A stretch of 64,000 nt of DNA, taken from Candidatus Nanoarchaeia archaeon. Lineage in GTDB: Archaea > Nanobdellota > Nanobdellia > SCGC-AAA011-G17 > GW2011-AR18. Below, piece after piece: positions 1 to 8,721 of this stretch. The DNA is taken from assembly GCA_035289605.1 (NCBI GenBank), contig DATDWR010000022.1:45295-109294 (forward strand), in the 5' to 3' direction. Made by a program: the position numbers and the translations under genes. How positions within the stretch are numbered: position 1 is the stretch's first letter; the number at the start of each line of letters is the position of its first letter. Below the pieces are notes generated by a model. It did no database searches. It saw nothing but the letters and a program-made list of their open reading frames with translations, and was not told where the DNA came from.

Positions 1-488
1 AGTAGCTTGTCTTCTACTTTTCCTGCAGATACTGATGTTATTAGGTCTTTCATTGGTATTCCAGCATCTGCTAGTGCTAGTGATGCTGCTGTTATTCCAG
101 CGCACCTTGTTCCTGCATCTGTTTGTATTAGTTCTATGAATACATCTACAACTGCTCCCGAGTAGTCGCTTAAGTCAAGCATTGGCAGTAATGCTTTTTC
201 TGTCACTAGAGAAATTTCTTTTGACCTCCTGTTTCCTCCAGGTCTTACTCTTTCTCCGCTTCCTGAGAATGCTGTCATGTTGTATTCGCATCTTAGTATT
301 CCTTTTGTTGGGTCTTGCAGGAATGCCGGATACAACTCTTTTGGGCCGTATACTGCTGCTATTGCTACTGTGTTTCCGACCTTGAACATTGCGCTGCCAT
401 TTGCCCTAGGAACAACTCCTACCTTTACTTCCATGGGCCTTAGCTCATCAAATTTTCTTCCGTCAAATCTTTTATTGTAAGCTACCAC
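1..488 (-). CDS. rrp41: Exosome complex exonuclease Rrp41 (RNase PH-like), N-terminal part; gene continues beyond window start
   Basis: Reverse-complement translation near 420-480 gives ...NKRFDGRKFDELRPMEVKVG..., the conserved Rrp41 N-terminal motif. No in-frame ATG, so a GTG start near 486-488 overlapping the Rrp4 stop is likely. Position is as expected downstream of Rrp4 in the archaeal superoperon. Confidence 0.7.
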   Translation of the reverse strand, partial: MVAYNKRFDGRKFDELRPMEVKVGVVPRANGSAMFKVGNTVAIAAVYGPKELYPAFLQDPTKGILRCEYNMTAFSGSGERVRPGGNRRSKEISLVTEKALLPMLDLSDYSGAVVDVFIELIQTDAGTRCAGITAASLALADAGIPMKDLITSVSAGKVEDKL

Positions 489-1173
489 TTTCTTTCTCCA
501 AGTATTCTTTTATCCTATCAGTAAGTCCTGACATGAAGCTTTCTTTTTCTATTTTCTTTATCGTCCTTACAGCAAGATCTTCTTTGTAAACATTATCGCC
601 GCTTATCCATATGAAGCCGTTTTGTCCTACAGAGATTTTGCACCCTGTGTATTCTTTTATCAGGTTTATCATGCTTCCTTGTTTTCCTATTACTCTCGGC
701 ACTTTTGTGCTTCCTATTTTTATTATCCTTCCTTCTCCAAGCTTTCTGAGTCCTGGTCCTTTTATTGAAAGGTCTATGATTTTCATGCTTGCAATATTTA
801 CTATCTGTGCCATTATGTAGTCTCCATGGCTTAGGTATTTGCTTAGGTCTGCTCCCTTTGCTATGTAGTCTGAGCTTGCATCTTTGATTGATAGGTTTGC
901 TTCAAATGCCCACCCTATGTCTACTCTCCATCCGCTTAATCCTATAGAAGTTACCTTTCCTATTACTATATCATCTCTTTTTGGTACATAAGGTCCTGTT
1001 AGTGGTACAAGCTTGATAAGTCTTCCGCTTAAGCTTGCCATGCCTACTTTTGTTGCTATGAGCTTTTCCTTTTCTCTTATTATGTCTTCTCCAGGCAGAT
1101 ATTCCATGCTTTCTGCTATTACTTGTCCTGGAACTACAAGTTCCTTGTCATTGATCATTATTCCCTGTGTCAT
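472..1173 (-). CDS. rrp4: Exosome complex RNA-binding subunit Rrp4 (S1 + KH domains)
   Basis: 233 aa. N-terminal S1-like segment and C-terminal KH-like segment (…KQGSMINLIKEYTGCKISVGQNGFIWI…). Conserved neighbourhood PsmA-SBDS-Rrp4-Rrp41. Confidence 0.85.
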   Translation of the reverse strand: MTQGIMINDKELVVPGQVIAESMEYLPGEDIIREKEKLIATKVGMASLSGRLIKLVPLTGPYVPKRDDIVIGKVTSIGLSGWRVDIGWAFEANLSIKDASSDYIAKGADLSKYLSHGDYIMAQIVNIASMKIIDLSIKGPGLRKLGEGRIIKIGSTKVPRVIGKQGSMINLIKEYTGCKISVGQNGFIWISGDNVYKEDLAVRTIKKIEKESFMSGLTDRIKEYLEKESGSLQ

Positions 1174-1871
1174 TTTTTCTTTAGTATGCTTATCTCAACT
1201 GTGCCTTTTGTTAATCTATTTAAATCTACCTCTAGTTCTTCTTGCAGTCCTGCGGGTATTTCTAGCATTACGCTTAAGCTGCCGTCGTTTTCCCATCTTT
1301 CGCTTATTAGCTTTCCATAGTGTTTTAATGTGTTGAATGATTTTCCTGCATACTGTGGTGCTACTCTTATTCCAAGCTCTCTTATTTCATATTTTATTGG
1401 CAGGATCTTTTTAAGCCCGTCTATTACGTCTTTTACTTGCTGCTCTGCTGGTTTGTTTTCTACTCTTATTTTCGCTTCTGCTATTGCATTTTCTATTCTT
1501 TGCGGAGGATGCGGCTTTCCTGTGTTCGGGTCTACTGTGCTTCTGTGCACCAAGTTGACTACTTGTTTTCTTGTCTGTTCAAGTTCCTTTCTCAGCATTT
1601 CTGCAGTTATTTGCACAATTCCATTTTTTACTATAGTTTTGCATATCTCTAGTTTGTCGTCTGTGCCGAATAATTTTTCAAGGTCTTTTTCAGAAGCCCT
1701 TAACCCTTTTTTTGCATCGCTGTAAATCTCTTCGCTGACAACAACATCTGTTATAGAAATATTTTTTCCTGCTTTGAAGTCTGCTGCATTTTGTGGATCA
1801 ACTAGAATCTCAAAGTCTTTTCCTTCTTTTCTTGCCTTCGCTATTACTGCTTCATTTACATTCCTGATCAT
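1170..1871 (-). CDS. sdo1: SBDS/Sdo1 family ribosome maturation protein
   Basis: 233 aa. N-terminus MIRNVNEAVIAKARKEGKDFEILVDP… is typical of the archaeal SBDS family. Conserved position between psmA and rrp4. Start overlaps the rrp4 stop by 4 nt. Confidence 0.85.
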   Translation of the reverse strand: MIRNVNEAVIAKARKEGKDFEILVDPQNAADFKAGKNISITDVVVSEEIYSDAKKGLRASEKDLEKLFGTDDKLEICKTIVKNGIVQITAEMLRKELEQTRKQVVNLVHRSTVDPNTGKPHPPQRIENAIAEAKIRVENKPAEQQVKDVIDGLKKILPIKYEIRELGIRVAPQYAGKSFNTLKHYGKLISERWENDGSLSVMLEIPAGLQEELEVDLNRLTKGTVEISILKKK

Positions 1872-1878
1872 ATCGCAT

Positions 1879-2604
1879 TCAGACCTTTTTGGCCAATTTT
1901 TTTAAGGATTCCTTGTCTAGTCTTCTAAATTGCCTGTCGCTTGTTTTTATGTAAGCCCCGTCTATTCTGTCTGCATCAAAGTCTTTTCCGAATACTCTCT
2001 TGAATGCACTGACTGCAAGCTTCATTCCCTGCTCGAGGTTCATTTCCGAATCATATTCTTTTTCTAGTATTTCTTTTAGTTGTGTTTCTGCTTCGCCTAT
2101 AACTGTTGCCTTGTACTGGAAATATATTCCTGTTACGTCTGTTACGTAAAGCTGCGGGCCCTCATCATCTACTCCTGCAAATAGTATGCTCACTCCGAAT
2201 GGTCTTGCTCCTCCGAACTGTGTGTAAGCCTGTTTCATGTTTGCTATGTCTTTGACTAGAGAAAGTATGTCCATTGAACTGTCATATGTTACCTTGTATT
2301 GTTGTGCTATTAGCTGTGCTCTTTCTATTAGAACCCTTCCGTCCATCAAGTATCCTGTTGCGCTTGCTCCTATATGGTCGTCAACCTGGAATACTTTTTC
2401 TATGCTTTGCCCTATCATTAGTTTTTCTAGAATTCTTTTGTCTGCTAGTAATAATACTCCGTCTTTGCATACTATTCCTAAGGATGTTGTGCCTTGCCTG
2501 ACTGCTTTTTTTGCATATTCTACCTGAAGCAGTCTTCCGTCTGGGCTGAACATTGTGCTGCTCCTGTCATATCCCATCATTTGGTGTGTTATTGTTGGCT
2601 GCAC
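1879..2604 (-). CDS. psmA: Proteasome alpha subunit
   Basis: 241 aa. …YDRSSTMFSPDGRLLQVEYAKKAVRQGTTSLGI… is the proteasome alpha signature. Confidence 0.9.
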   Translation of the reverse strand: MQPTITHQMMGYDRSSTMFSPDGRLLQVEYAKKAVRQGTTSLGIVCKDGVLLLADKRILEKLMIGQSIEKVFQVDDHIGASATGYLMDGRVLIERAQLIAQQYKVTYDSSMDILSLVKDIANMKQAYTQFGGARPFGVSILFAGVDDEGPQLYVTDVTGIYFQYKATVIGEAETQLKEILEKEYDSEMNLEQGMKLAVSAFKRVFGKDFDADRIDGAYIKTSDRQFRRLDKESLKKLAKKV

Positions 2605-2951
2605 TATGATGCACCTCTATGCAGAAATTTGGATCTGGATTTGTTTATCATTCCTGAAGCTCCTAAGCTCCTAAGAAGAATGTCTTCTTTATTAATCTTT
2701 CTCACGAAGCAGAAGCTCGCCCTCAAATGGTCTAGATATTTGTTGTTTAGTTTTATTACTCCCCTGTTTTTCTGGAATTCTAAAAAGTTCAAGTTTGCTT
2801 TTGATAGTGTAAAGTTTCCGAAGTATTCTCTAAATTTTTCAGTTACTTCTTCTTTAAGTTTCTTGTATTCTATGTTGCCTTCGCTTATTACTTCATACAC
2901 TAGGTATCTTTTCTTTTCTCTTAAGCTCGGCTTCAGCAATTTTTGTTTCAT
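2604..2951 (-). CDS. rnp2: RNase P protein component 2 (Pop5-like)
   Basis: 115 aa basic protein immediately upstream of psmA, with a 1-nt overlap. This is the conserved Pop5 position in the superoperon. N-terminal …REKKRYLVYEVISE… resembles Pop5. Confidence 0.55.
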   Translation of the reverse strand: MKQKLLKPSLREKKRYLVYEVISEGNIEYKKLKEEVTEKFREYFGNFTLSKANLNFLEFQKNRGVIKLNNKYLDHLRASFCFVRKINKEDILLRSLGASGMINKSRSKFLHRGAS

Positions 2952-2988
2952 AATTTCACAAAGATATAATATTTAGTTTATCTTCTTC

Positions 2989-5900
2989 TCACAATTTTTT
3001 TGTACTGTTATAGGATTTATAAGCCTTTGGGTAGTTGTATGGTATGTATCTTAGGTGTGGCAGAGTATTGTCTTTTTTCGGCCTTCTCCACTCCGTAAAG
3101 AATACTAGTGCGATTATTATAGTCATTAATAGCAGGAAGTTTAGTCCGTCTATTATTGGAAGCTTGACATCTATTGCAGGATTTATTTTTATTGGACCTT
3201 TTGTTGTTAATTTAATGTCCAGTTTTGGAACAGTTATTCCTCCTGTTGCATTCACGAATCTTATTAGTATCTCGCCTATGCCTTTTGTAGTGTTTAGTAT
3301 TAGGTCATATGATCCTCCTTCTCCTTTTGTGGAGTGTATTATTATAGCTCCTTCTTCAGTTTCTATTATCTTTGTCCCTTCAGGTATTTCTGCAGGTTTT
3401 TCAGGTTCTTGTGGTTCTTGCTGTGGTTCTTCTTGTAATGGTATTTGAGGTTTGGCATCTCCTCCTCCATTTCCATTTCCGCCACCTCCTCCTCCGCCTC
3501 CTTCACCGCCTCCTGATACTGGTGTTTCCTCGCTTGAATATGTAGTAAAGGTGTTGACTGAAAATGTAAATATGCCGCTCGAGTAGCTTATCTCTGTACA
3601 GCTTCCGCAGAAATCATAGGATCCGCTGTCCTGCAAATCTATTAATGGTCTTGGGTTTGTGAATGTTAGGCTGTTTATTGTTATATTAGCGCTTGTATTA
3701 AACGCCCAAGCTGCTGTGCTGTTCACCCTTACGAAATTGCTGTTTATTGCTATGTTTCCCGTAGTGTTTATAGCATTTTCTTTTGTGATGTTTACTGTAA
3801 TATTTTCATATCTTATGCTTCCGTTTTCGTTTCTTAGTGTTATATTTATGGCTGTAAAATTTGTATAGTTAATATAATATAGAAGCCCACTTGTTATATT
3901 AGTTAGTGTTGTGCCGTTTGCTCCTGCAAGATAGAAATCATATGATGTTGCATTTATTATTAAATCAGAGTAATTGGCATTTGTTGTGTCTACTGCATAT
4001 ATTCCTTTTCCTTCTTGTCCTGTAGATAGCAGAGTGCTGGATGTTATGTTTGTGCTTTTGGTTCCTGTTCCAAAGATTATTGCACTTGCATTATAGCCTG
4101 TGCTTTCAAATTTATTGTTGTTTATCCTGTTCTGGTTCGCTACATCTATATATAATATGTGGGAATTATTATTGTAGGTTGTTAGGTTATTGTCGCTTAT
4201 ATTATTCCTTAGTGTGCTTGACCTGAGGTATATTGCAGAAGATTCTACTCCTAATGTTGTTATGTTATTTGATATTATGAGATTTCCGCTGCTCTGCATC
4301 CTTATTCCGTGTGATGGCAGTCCAGTGCTTGTTGCACCTTCTGTGTAAATTATATTTTCTGTAACATTGTTGGCTCCTCCATCTCCGTTTAAGTCCAGTC
4401 CTGAAGTTATTGTAGTAGCGTAGCTGCGTATAACATTCTTAGTTATATTGTGATGAGAGACTCCAGTTAGCGCCAATGTGACAGTTGTAGAGCCAAACGA
4501 AGTTAGATTATTGAATGCTATGTTATTGTCCGCTATTGATCCTGAAGTTGACTGTGAAGCAAGTATCGCTTCTGCTGTTCCTCCAAATGTGGTTATATTA
4601 TTAGACAGAATGTTGTTAAATCTTGTCTGTCTTAATAGGTTTATGCCTTCTGCATTGCTTCCTGCAAGGGTTGTAAATGTAAAAATTATATTGTTTGTTA
4701 TGTTATTATAATCAGAAAAGAAGTTTGTTGATCCTATTCTATTTCCGGAAATTTTTATTCCAGCTGCACTTGTTCCGTTTGTCTCTATTTTGTTGTAAGA
4801 AATATTGGAGTTGCCGGTTTGGTTTAGCATTATTCCTGCACCATTAGTGAAGTTAATTAGAATTGTATTATTAAACACAACGCTGTTTGACGAATGATTC
4901 AATACTATACCATTCCTGAAATAGCTTACATTGCAGTTTTTGATGTAGCTGTCGCTTATGTTGTTAAACCATGCCCCTACTCCTGTTGTGTGGTTTCCAA
5001 GTATTTCGTAGCCGTTACAGTCAAATACTATGCTGCTGGCATTCAATATTATTCCGTCGCCATTGCATATATTTCCTCCTGTGCTGTTTATTATTCCTGC
5101 ATCTAGTGATATGTTCGTTGCTAAGTAGCTTCCGCATGTCAAATTTATTGTTGTGTAGTTGCTCAGTCCTGTAACATTAAAAATTCTCGGATTGTTGGAA
5201 ATTTTGTTGCAGCTTGGAGGTCTGCACTGCACATTATTTCTTAGGATAGTATAAGCATCTGTAGAGCTTGAGTTTGCATCATTGAATGTTATTGTTATTG
5301 AAGTGCTCCTGTTGTATATTTCTGAATTGTTTAGTATATTTGCATTGTTGCTGGTAAAATCTATGTCATTGGTTGTGTTGGACATGGTGTCAGATTCTAG
5401 TAATGTCATGTTAATTAAATTGATGTTTGTTGTTGAGTTTCCTAAGCTCAGATTATAGAATGTAGAATAAGACTCAACAATTGTTATCTTGCTGACTAGA
5501 TGATTGTCTAAAAATGTTATGTTTATTGATTTATTCAAGTAAATGTCTATTTGGCTGTTGTTTGATATTGTGTTGTTGGAGAAGCTAGCATTAGTCAATG
5601 CGCCTAGTGCAACACCGTAAGTGTTGTTGTATATTGTTGTGTTTATTATTGTTAGATTATACAAGTTTATCATTCTGGAGTTTATGCCGTAGAGTGAGCT
5701 TGTTATGTTGCAGTTTCTTATGAGCGTATTATTAAATCCTCCATCTATTAGTATGCTGCTGTTTGCGCTTGTCCCGTTTCCTTCTATTCTATTTCCCTGG
5801 CAGTCTAAAATAATATTGTTAGCTTTTATGTTTATGCAACTTCCATGTGAAGTTATATTGCTAGTTAGTTGTATTAAATTATTTGCCGTTGCTGCTGCAC

Positions 5901-6030
5901 TGTCACAGCTGCTACAAGTATCGCATGTTGCTGCTTCTGCATTAGCTGCTAGAATTAATATTAGAGAAAACAAAATTGTTGCAACTATATAAAATCTGTT
6001 CTCAGTTGTTAATTTATTTAAATTTATCAT
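2989..6030 (-). CDS. Giant cell-surface glycoprotein SP1: N-terminal signal/anchor, parallel beta-helix-like NxT/S-rich repeats, Gly-rich and P/E/Q-rich linker, C-terminal TM anchor
   Basis: 1013 aa. Hydrophobic N-terminus FYIVATILFSLILILAANAEA. Dozens of N-x-S/T sequons in short beta-helix-like repeats. Gly-rich tract GGGEGGGGGGGGNGNGGGDAKP followed by a P/E/Q-rich linker PQIPLQEEPQQEPQEPEKP. C-terminal helix LLLMTIIIALVFF followed by basic residues. Confidence 0.7.
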   Translation of the reverse strand: MINLNKLTTENRFYIVATILFSLILILAANAEAATCDTCSSCDSAAATANNLIQLTSNITSHGSCINIKANNIILDCQGNRIEGNGTSANSSILIDGGFNNTLIRNCNITSSLYGINSRMINLYNLTIINTTIYNNTYGVALGALTNASFSNNTISNNSQIDIYLNKSINITFLDNHLVSKITIVESYSTFYNLSLGNSTTNINLINMTLLESDTMSNTTNDIDFTSNNANILNNSEIYNRSTSITITFNDANSSSTDAYTILRNNVQCRPPSCNKISNNPRIFNVTGLSNYTTINLTCGSYLATNISLDAGIINSTGGNICNGDGIILNASSIVFDCNGYEILGNHTTGVGAWFNNISDSYIKNCNVSYFRNGIVLNHSSNSVVFNNTILINFTNGAGIMLNQTGNSNISYNKIETNGTSAAGIKISGNRIGSTNFFSDYNNITNNIIFTFTTLAGSNAEGINLLRQTRFNNILSNNITTFGGTAEAILASQSTSGSIADNNIAFNNLTSFGSTTVTLALTGVSHHNITKNVIRSYATTITSGLDLNGDGGANNVTENIIYTEGATSTGLPSHGIRMQSSGNLIISNNITTLGVESSAIYLRSSTLRNNISDNNLTTYNNNSHILYIDVANQNRINNNKFESTGYNASAIIFGTGTKSTNITSSTLLSTGQEGKGIYAVDTTNANYSDLIINATSYDFYLAGANGTTLTNITSGLLYYINYTNFTAINITLRNENGSIRYENITVNITKENAINTTGNIAINSNFVRVNSTAAWAFNTSANITINSLTFTNPRPLIDLQDSGSYDFCGSCTEISYSSGIFTFSVNTFTTYSSEETPVSGGGEGGGGGGGGNGNGGGDAKPQIPLQEEPQQEPQEPEKPAEIPEGTKIIETEEGAIIIHSTKGEGGSYDLILNTTKGIGEILIRFVNATGGITVPKLDIKLTTKGPIKINPAIDVKLPIIDGLNFLLLMTIIIALVFFTEWRRPKKDNTLPHLRYIPYNYPKAYKSYNSTKKL

Positions 6031-6548
6031 CTATTCCTCTTTTTTTTGGAGTTGTTGTATGCGGTCCAAACAGTCCTGTCATCTCTTTTGATGGCTAGCG
6101 CAATTTCGTGATAGCTAAATCTGAGATTTTCTTTTAAGTAAACAACAAGCGATTCTAGGGCAGATAACTCTGAATCTGCAAGAATTGCTACAGGTATTTG
6201 TATAGAATTTTTATCAATCGAAAGTTTTGATTTGTGTTTTTTCTTTGAATTGTCGAATGCATGCCAGATGTTTCTTTGGTCTCTTTTGAGCAGCCTAGAA
6301 ATATCGCATAGTGGAATATTACTTTCTTCTTTTAAGTATTTTACAACAGATTCTAGCACTGTTAATCTTTTGTTGAGAATTGAAACAGGAAAGCTTGCTT
6401 CCTGCTGTATTATCTGCAGTATTTCTTCATGCGATAAGCTATGCTTCTCTTTTAATGTAGAAATTAATTCTTTTATTTTTTTAATACTTAGTATATCATT
6501 CTTGTCTAATGCTGGATTAGTATGCCTAAAACCAGGTTTTTCCATCAA
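6027..6548 (-). CDS. Small DNA-binding protein with tandem sigma-70-region-4-like HTH repeats (HTH1)
   Basis: 173 aa. Two internal repeats, …LESVVKYLKEESNIPLCDISRLLKRDQRNIWHAFDNSKKK… and …LESLVVYLKENLRFSYHEIALAIKRDDRTVWTAYNNSKKKR…. The pattern LSYxEIA…TV…A.KK matches ECF sigma region 4. Stop overlaps the SP1 start by 4 nt. Paralogous to 27265..27828. Confidence 0.6.
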   Translation of the reverse strand: MMEKPGFRHTNPALDKNDILSIKKIKELISTLKEKHSLSHEEILQIIQQEASFPVSILNKRLTVLESVVKYLKEESNIPLCDISRLLKRDQRNIWHAFDNSKKKHKSKLSIDKNSIQIPVAILADSELSALESLVVYLKENLRFSYHEIALAIKRDDRTVWTAYNNSKKKRNR

Positions 6549-6570
6549 TTAATAGATTAAACAGAGTTTA

Positions 6571-6642
6571 AATAATTTACGTATTATATAAGTATAAAAA
6601 GCTTAATAAAAAATAATTTTACGTATTATATAAGTATAAAAA
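6571..6642. promoter_or_regulatory. Two copies of a ~30-bp direct repeat carrying the inverted repeat TACGTA-N5-TAAGTA plus TATA-like sequence, upstream of HTH1
   Basis: aataatttacgtattatataagtataaaaa at 6571-6600 and again at 6612-6642, with a 41-42 bp period. These lie 28-95 nt upstream of the HTH1 start. Same 6-5-6 palindrome type as the array at 27079-27260. Confidence 0.45.
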
Positions 6643-6643
6643 T

Positions 6644-7138
6644 TTAGACAAAATTGCAGAGGCTTAAAGCATAATCTGCTTCATTTCCAGTCATCCCCAT
6701 AATCCTAAGTAAGCTCAAGAAATCTATTCTTCCTATCATCTGATATTTGTTTGAGGCAAAGCTGAAGAAGAAAATTTTTACTTTGTATTTCCTGCACAGT
6801 TTTATGCTTTTCATAACCCAGTTTAGTTCTATATTTGAATTAATTTTGTTAATGCTGAAAGCCACAGCAATTTCATTTTTCCTTGCAGCCTCGCACATTA
6901 TGTGATCAAGTCCTATTCTGTCTGTTGAATATGTATCTTTTTTTCCAAATAAATGAGGGTTAAGCAGTAATTTTATTCTTTTGTTTTCTATTAAATTTCT
7001 TGCTTCCGAATATGTTTTTGCTTCCTGCATTCCAAACTTTTTGATGTCATCTTTGAAGTAAATTTTTGAGTATCCTAAAAGCTTAGCAAAGTTTTTAGTG
7101 TCACTATTCTCTTCCATTAATGTGATATCGCAAAACAT
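6644..7138 (-). CDS. rnp3: RNase P protein component 3 (Rpp30/Rpp1-like, short form)
   Basis: 164 aa. C-terminal …KLCRKYKVKIFFFSFASNKYQMIGRIDFLSLLRIMGM… resembles the Rpp30 TIM-barrel C-terminus (…KYKVRRFLTSSA…DLISLGVVIGM…). Sits in the superoperon neighbourhood. Confidence 0.55.
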   Translation of the reverse strand: MFCDITLMEENSDTKNFAKLLGYSKIYFKDDIKKFGMQEAKTYSEARNLIENKRIKLLLNPHLFGKKDTYSTDRIGLDHIMCEAARKNEIAVAFSINKINSNIELNWVMKSIKLCRKYKVKIFFFSFASNKYQMIGRIDFLSLLRIMGMTGNEADYALSLCNFV

Positions 7139-7190
7139 TATTTAATCTTGTTTAGTAAGGTTTATAAATATTATTTAAGGTACTCATTGA

Positions 7191-7898
7191 ATGGAACCAA
7201 CAAATAATAAGGTACCTAAGCATATTGGGATCATTCTTGATGGAAATCGTAGATTTGCTAAAAGATTAATGTTAAAACCACTTAAAGGCCACGAATGGGG
7301 TTATGAAAAAATAAAGAAGATAATGGAATGGTGCAAGGAGTTTAATATAAAGGAGCTCACATTATATACATTTTCTATTGAAAATTTTGACAGGCCTAAG
7401 AAAGAGTTTGATTATCTTATGAAATTATTTGTAAGGGCATTTAAAGAATTGAAGAATGATTGGAATAAAATAAAAGAACTTAAAGTAAGATTTATTGGCA
7501 GAATCTTCATGTTTCCTGAAAAGGTTCAGCAGTCTATGAAAGACTTGATGGAATCCACAATTAATAATGGGCCTTATACTTTGAACTTTGCTATGGCTTA
7601 TGGCGGAAGGGCTGAGATTGTTGATGCCACTAAAAAGATTGCGCAGCAGGTTAAGGAAGGAAAGCTTGACATTGACAATATCAATGAAGAAAATTTTAAG
7701 AAAAATCTGTATTTGGATTCAGATCCTGATCTTATTATTAGAACTTCAGAATCAAGGTTGTCCGGATTTTTACTGTATCAAGGAGCATATTCTGAAATTA
7801 TTTTCCTGCCTGAGAAATTATGGCCTGAATTTGAGAAGGAAGATTTTGTTAAATGCTTGGAAGAATACTCTAATAGAGAGAGAAGGTTTGGCAAGTAA
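7191..7898 (+). CDS. uppS: cis-prenyltransferase (undecaprenyl/dolichyl diphosphate synthase)
   Basis: 235 aa. HIGIILDGNRRFAK and the remainder are the classic UPPS family signature. Confidence 0.85.
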   Translation: MEPTNNKVPKHIGIILDGNRRFAKRLMLKPLKGHEWGYEKIKKIMEWCKEFNIKELTLYTFSIENFDRPKKEFDYLMKLFVRAFKELKNDWNKIKELKVRFIGRIFMFPEKVQQSMKDLMESTINNGPYTLNFAMAYGGRAEIVDATKKIAQQVKEGKLDIDNINEENFKKNLYLDSDPDLIIRTSESRLSGFLLYQGAYSEIIFLPEKLWPEFEKEDFVKCLEEYSNRERRFGK

Positions 7899-7904
7899 AA
7901 AATT

Positions 7905-8396
7905 TTAGAGCTTTTTAATTTCACTAATTATTTTACTAATATTTTTATTCAAGTTATTTTCAGATGTATTGACTACAATAATTTTATGCTTATTTTCTAG
8001 AGCCTCAACTAAGCATACGTCAAATATTTCTGCATCTAAATTCTCTCTTATTTTATCCTTGCTGTATTCTCTCGCCTCCAGCCGCTTCTTCAAATCTTTT
8101 ATTTCGCATTTGCACACAATACACAAATCTATGTATTTAGTATCTAAGTAGTGGCTTAAGTGGCTGTCAATTATGAGATTTTCTTTTGATTCTTTGATTA
8201 ATCTCTCCAAAAATTTATTTAGTTTTTCTGCATCAACTTCATGTGTATCTAATTTTTTTATGTATTTTCCTTGTAACTTATTTTCTTTAATTAATTCACT
8301 TACATCAATATATTTATACTTTAATTTTTTAGATAGTTCCTTTGCTATTGTTGTTTTGCCACTTGCCACGCTTCCAGTTACGCATATTGTTTTCAT
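7905..8396 (-). CDS. P-loop NTPase, putative nucleotide/adenylate kinase (Fap7-like)
   Basis: 163 aa. Walker A motif TGSVASGKTT at the N-terminus. Small kinase-like size. Confidence 0.5.
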   Translation of the reverse strand: MKTICVTGSVASGKTTIAKELSKKLKYKYIDVSELIKENKLQGKYIKKLDTHEVDAEKLNKFLERLIKESKENLIIDSHLSHYLDTKYIDLCIVCKCEIKDLKKRLEAREYSKDKIRENLDAEIFDVCLVEALENKHKIIVVNTSENNLNKNISKIISEIKKL

Positions 8397-8399
8397 TTT

Positions 8400-8687
8400 T
8401 TAGTCTACTGTAAACAGTTCATTGTCATGGTCTACATCAAATACTCCGATTCTTGCTCCTGCATCTAGCCAACCATGAGCATAATTTAATGCAGCAAATG
8501 CTGTTACATAGTCTCCTTTTTTCATGAAGTGTTTTGCATCTTCGTAGTATCTTTGTGCCATGTCTAAGAATATTTCTGCAGTTTCTTTTGTGTTTATCTT
8601 TATCCCCGGGTTTATCTTTACTTTCTTCAATGCTCTTCCTGTTACTTCAAAATATTTCTTCAATTTATGTTCTGTTATCTCTTTCAT
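8400..8687 (-). CDS. Small conserved archaeal protein (DUF357-like)
   Basis: 95 aa with an …ALNYAHGWLDAGARIG… motif. Family assignment is from memory only. Confidence 0.3.
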   Translation of the reverse strand: MKEITEHKLKKYFEVTGRALKKVKINPGIKINTKETAEIFLDMAQRYYEDAKHFMKKGDYVTAFAALNYAHGWLDAGARIGVFDVDHDNELFTVD

Positions 8688-8721
8688 AGTATAAACAAAA
8701 ATTAAAGAATTAAATACTTAT

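Noticed and set aside
182-480. Plus-strand ORFs 182..385 and 277..480
   Set aside because: They are antisense to the well-supported Rrp41 coding region and have low-complexity L/F-rich translations typical of the wrong strand of AT-rich genes.
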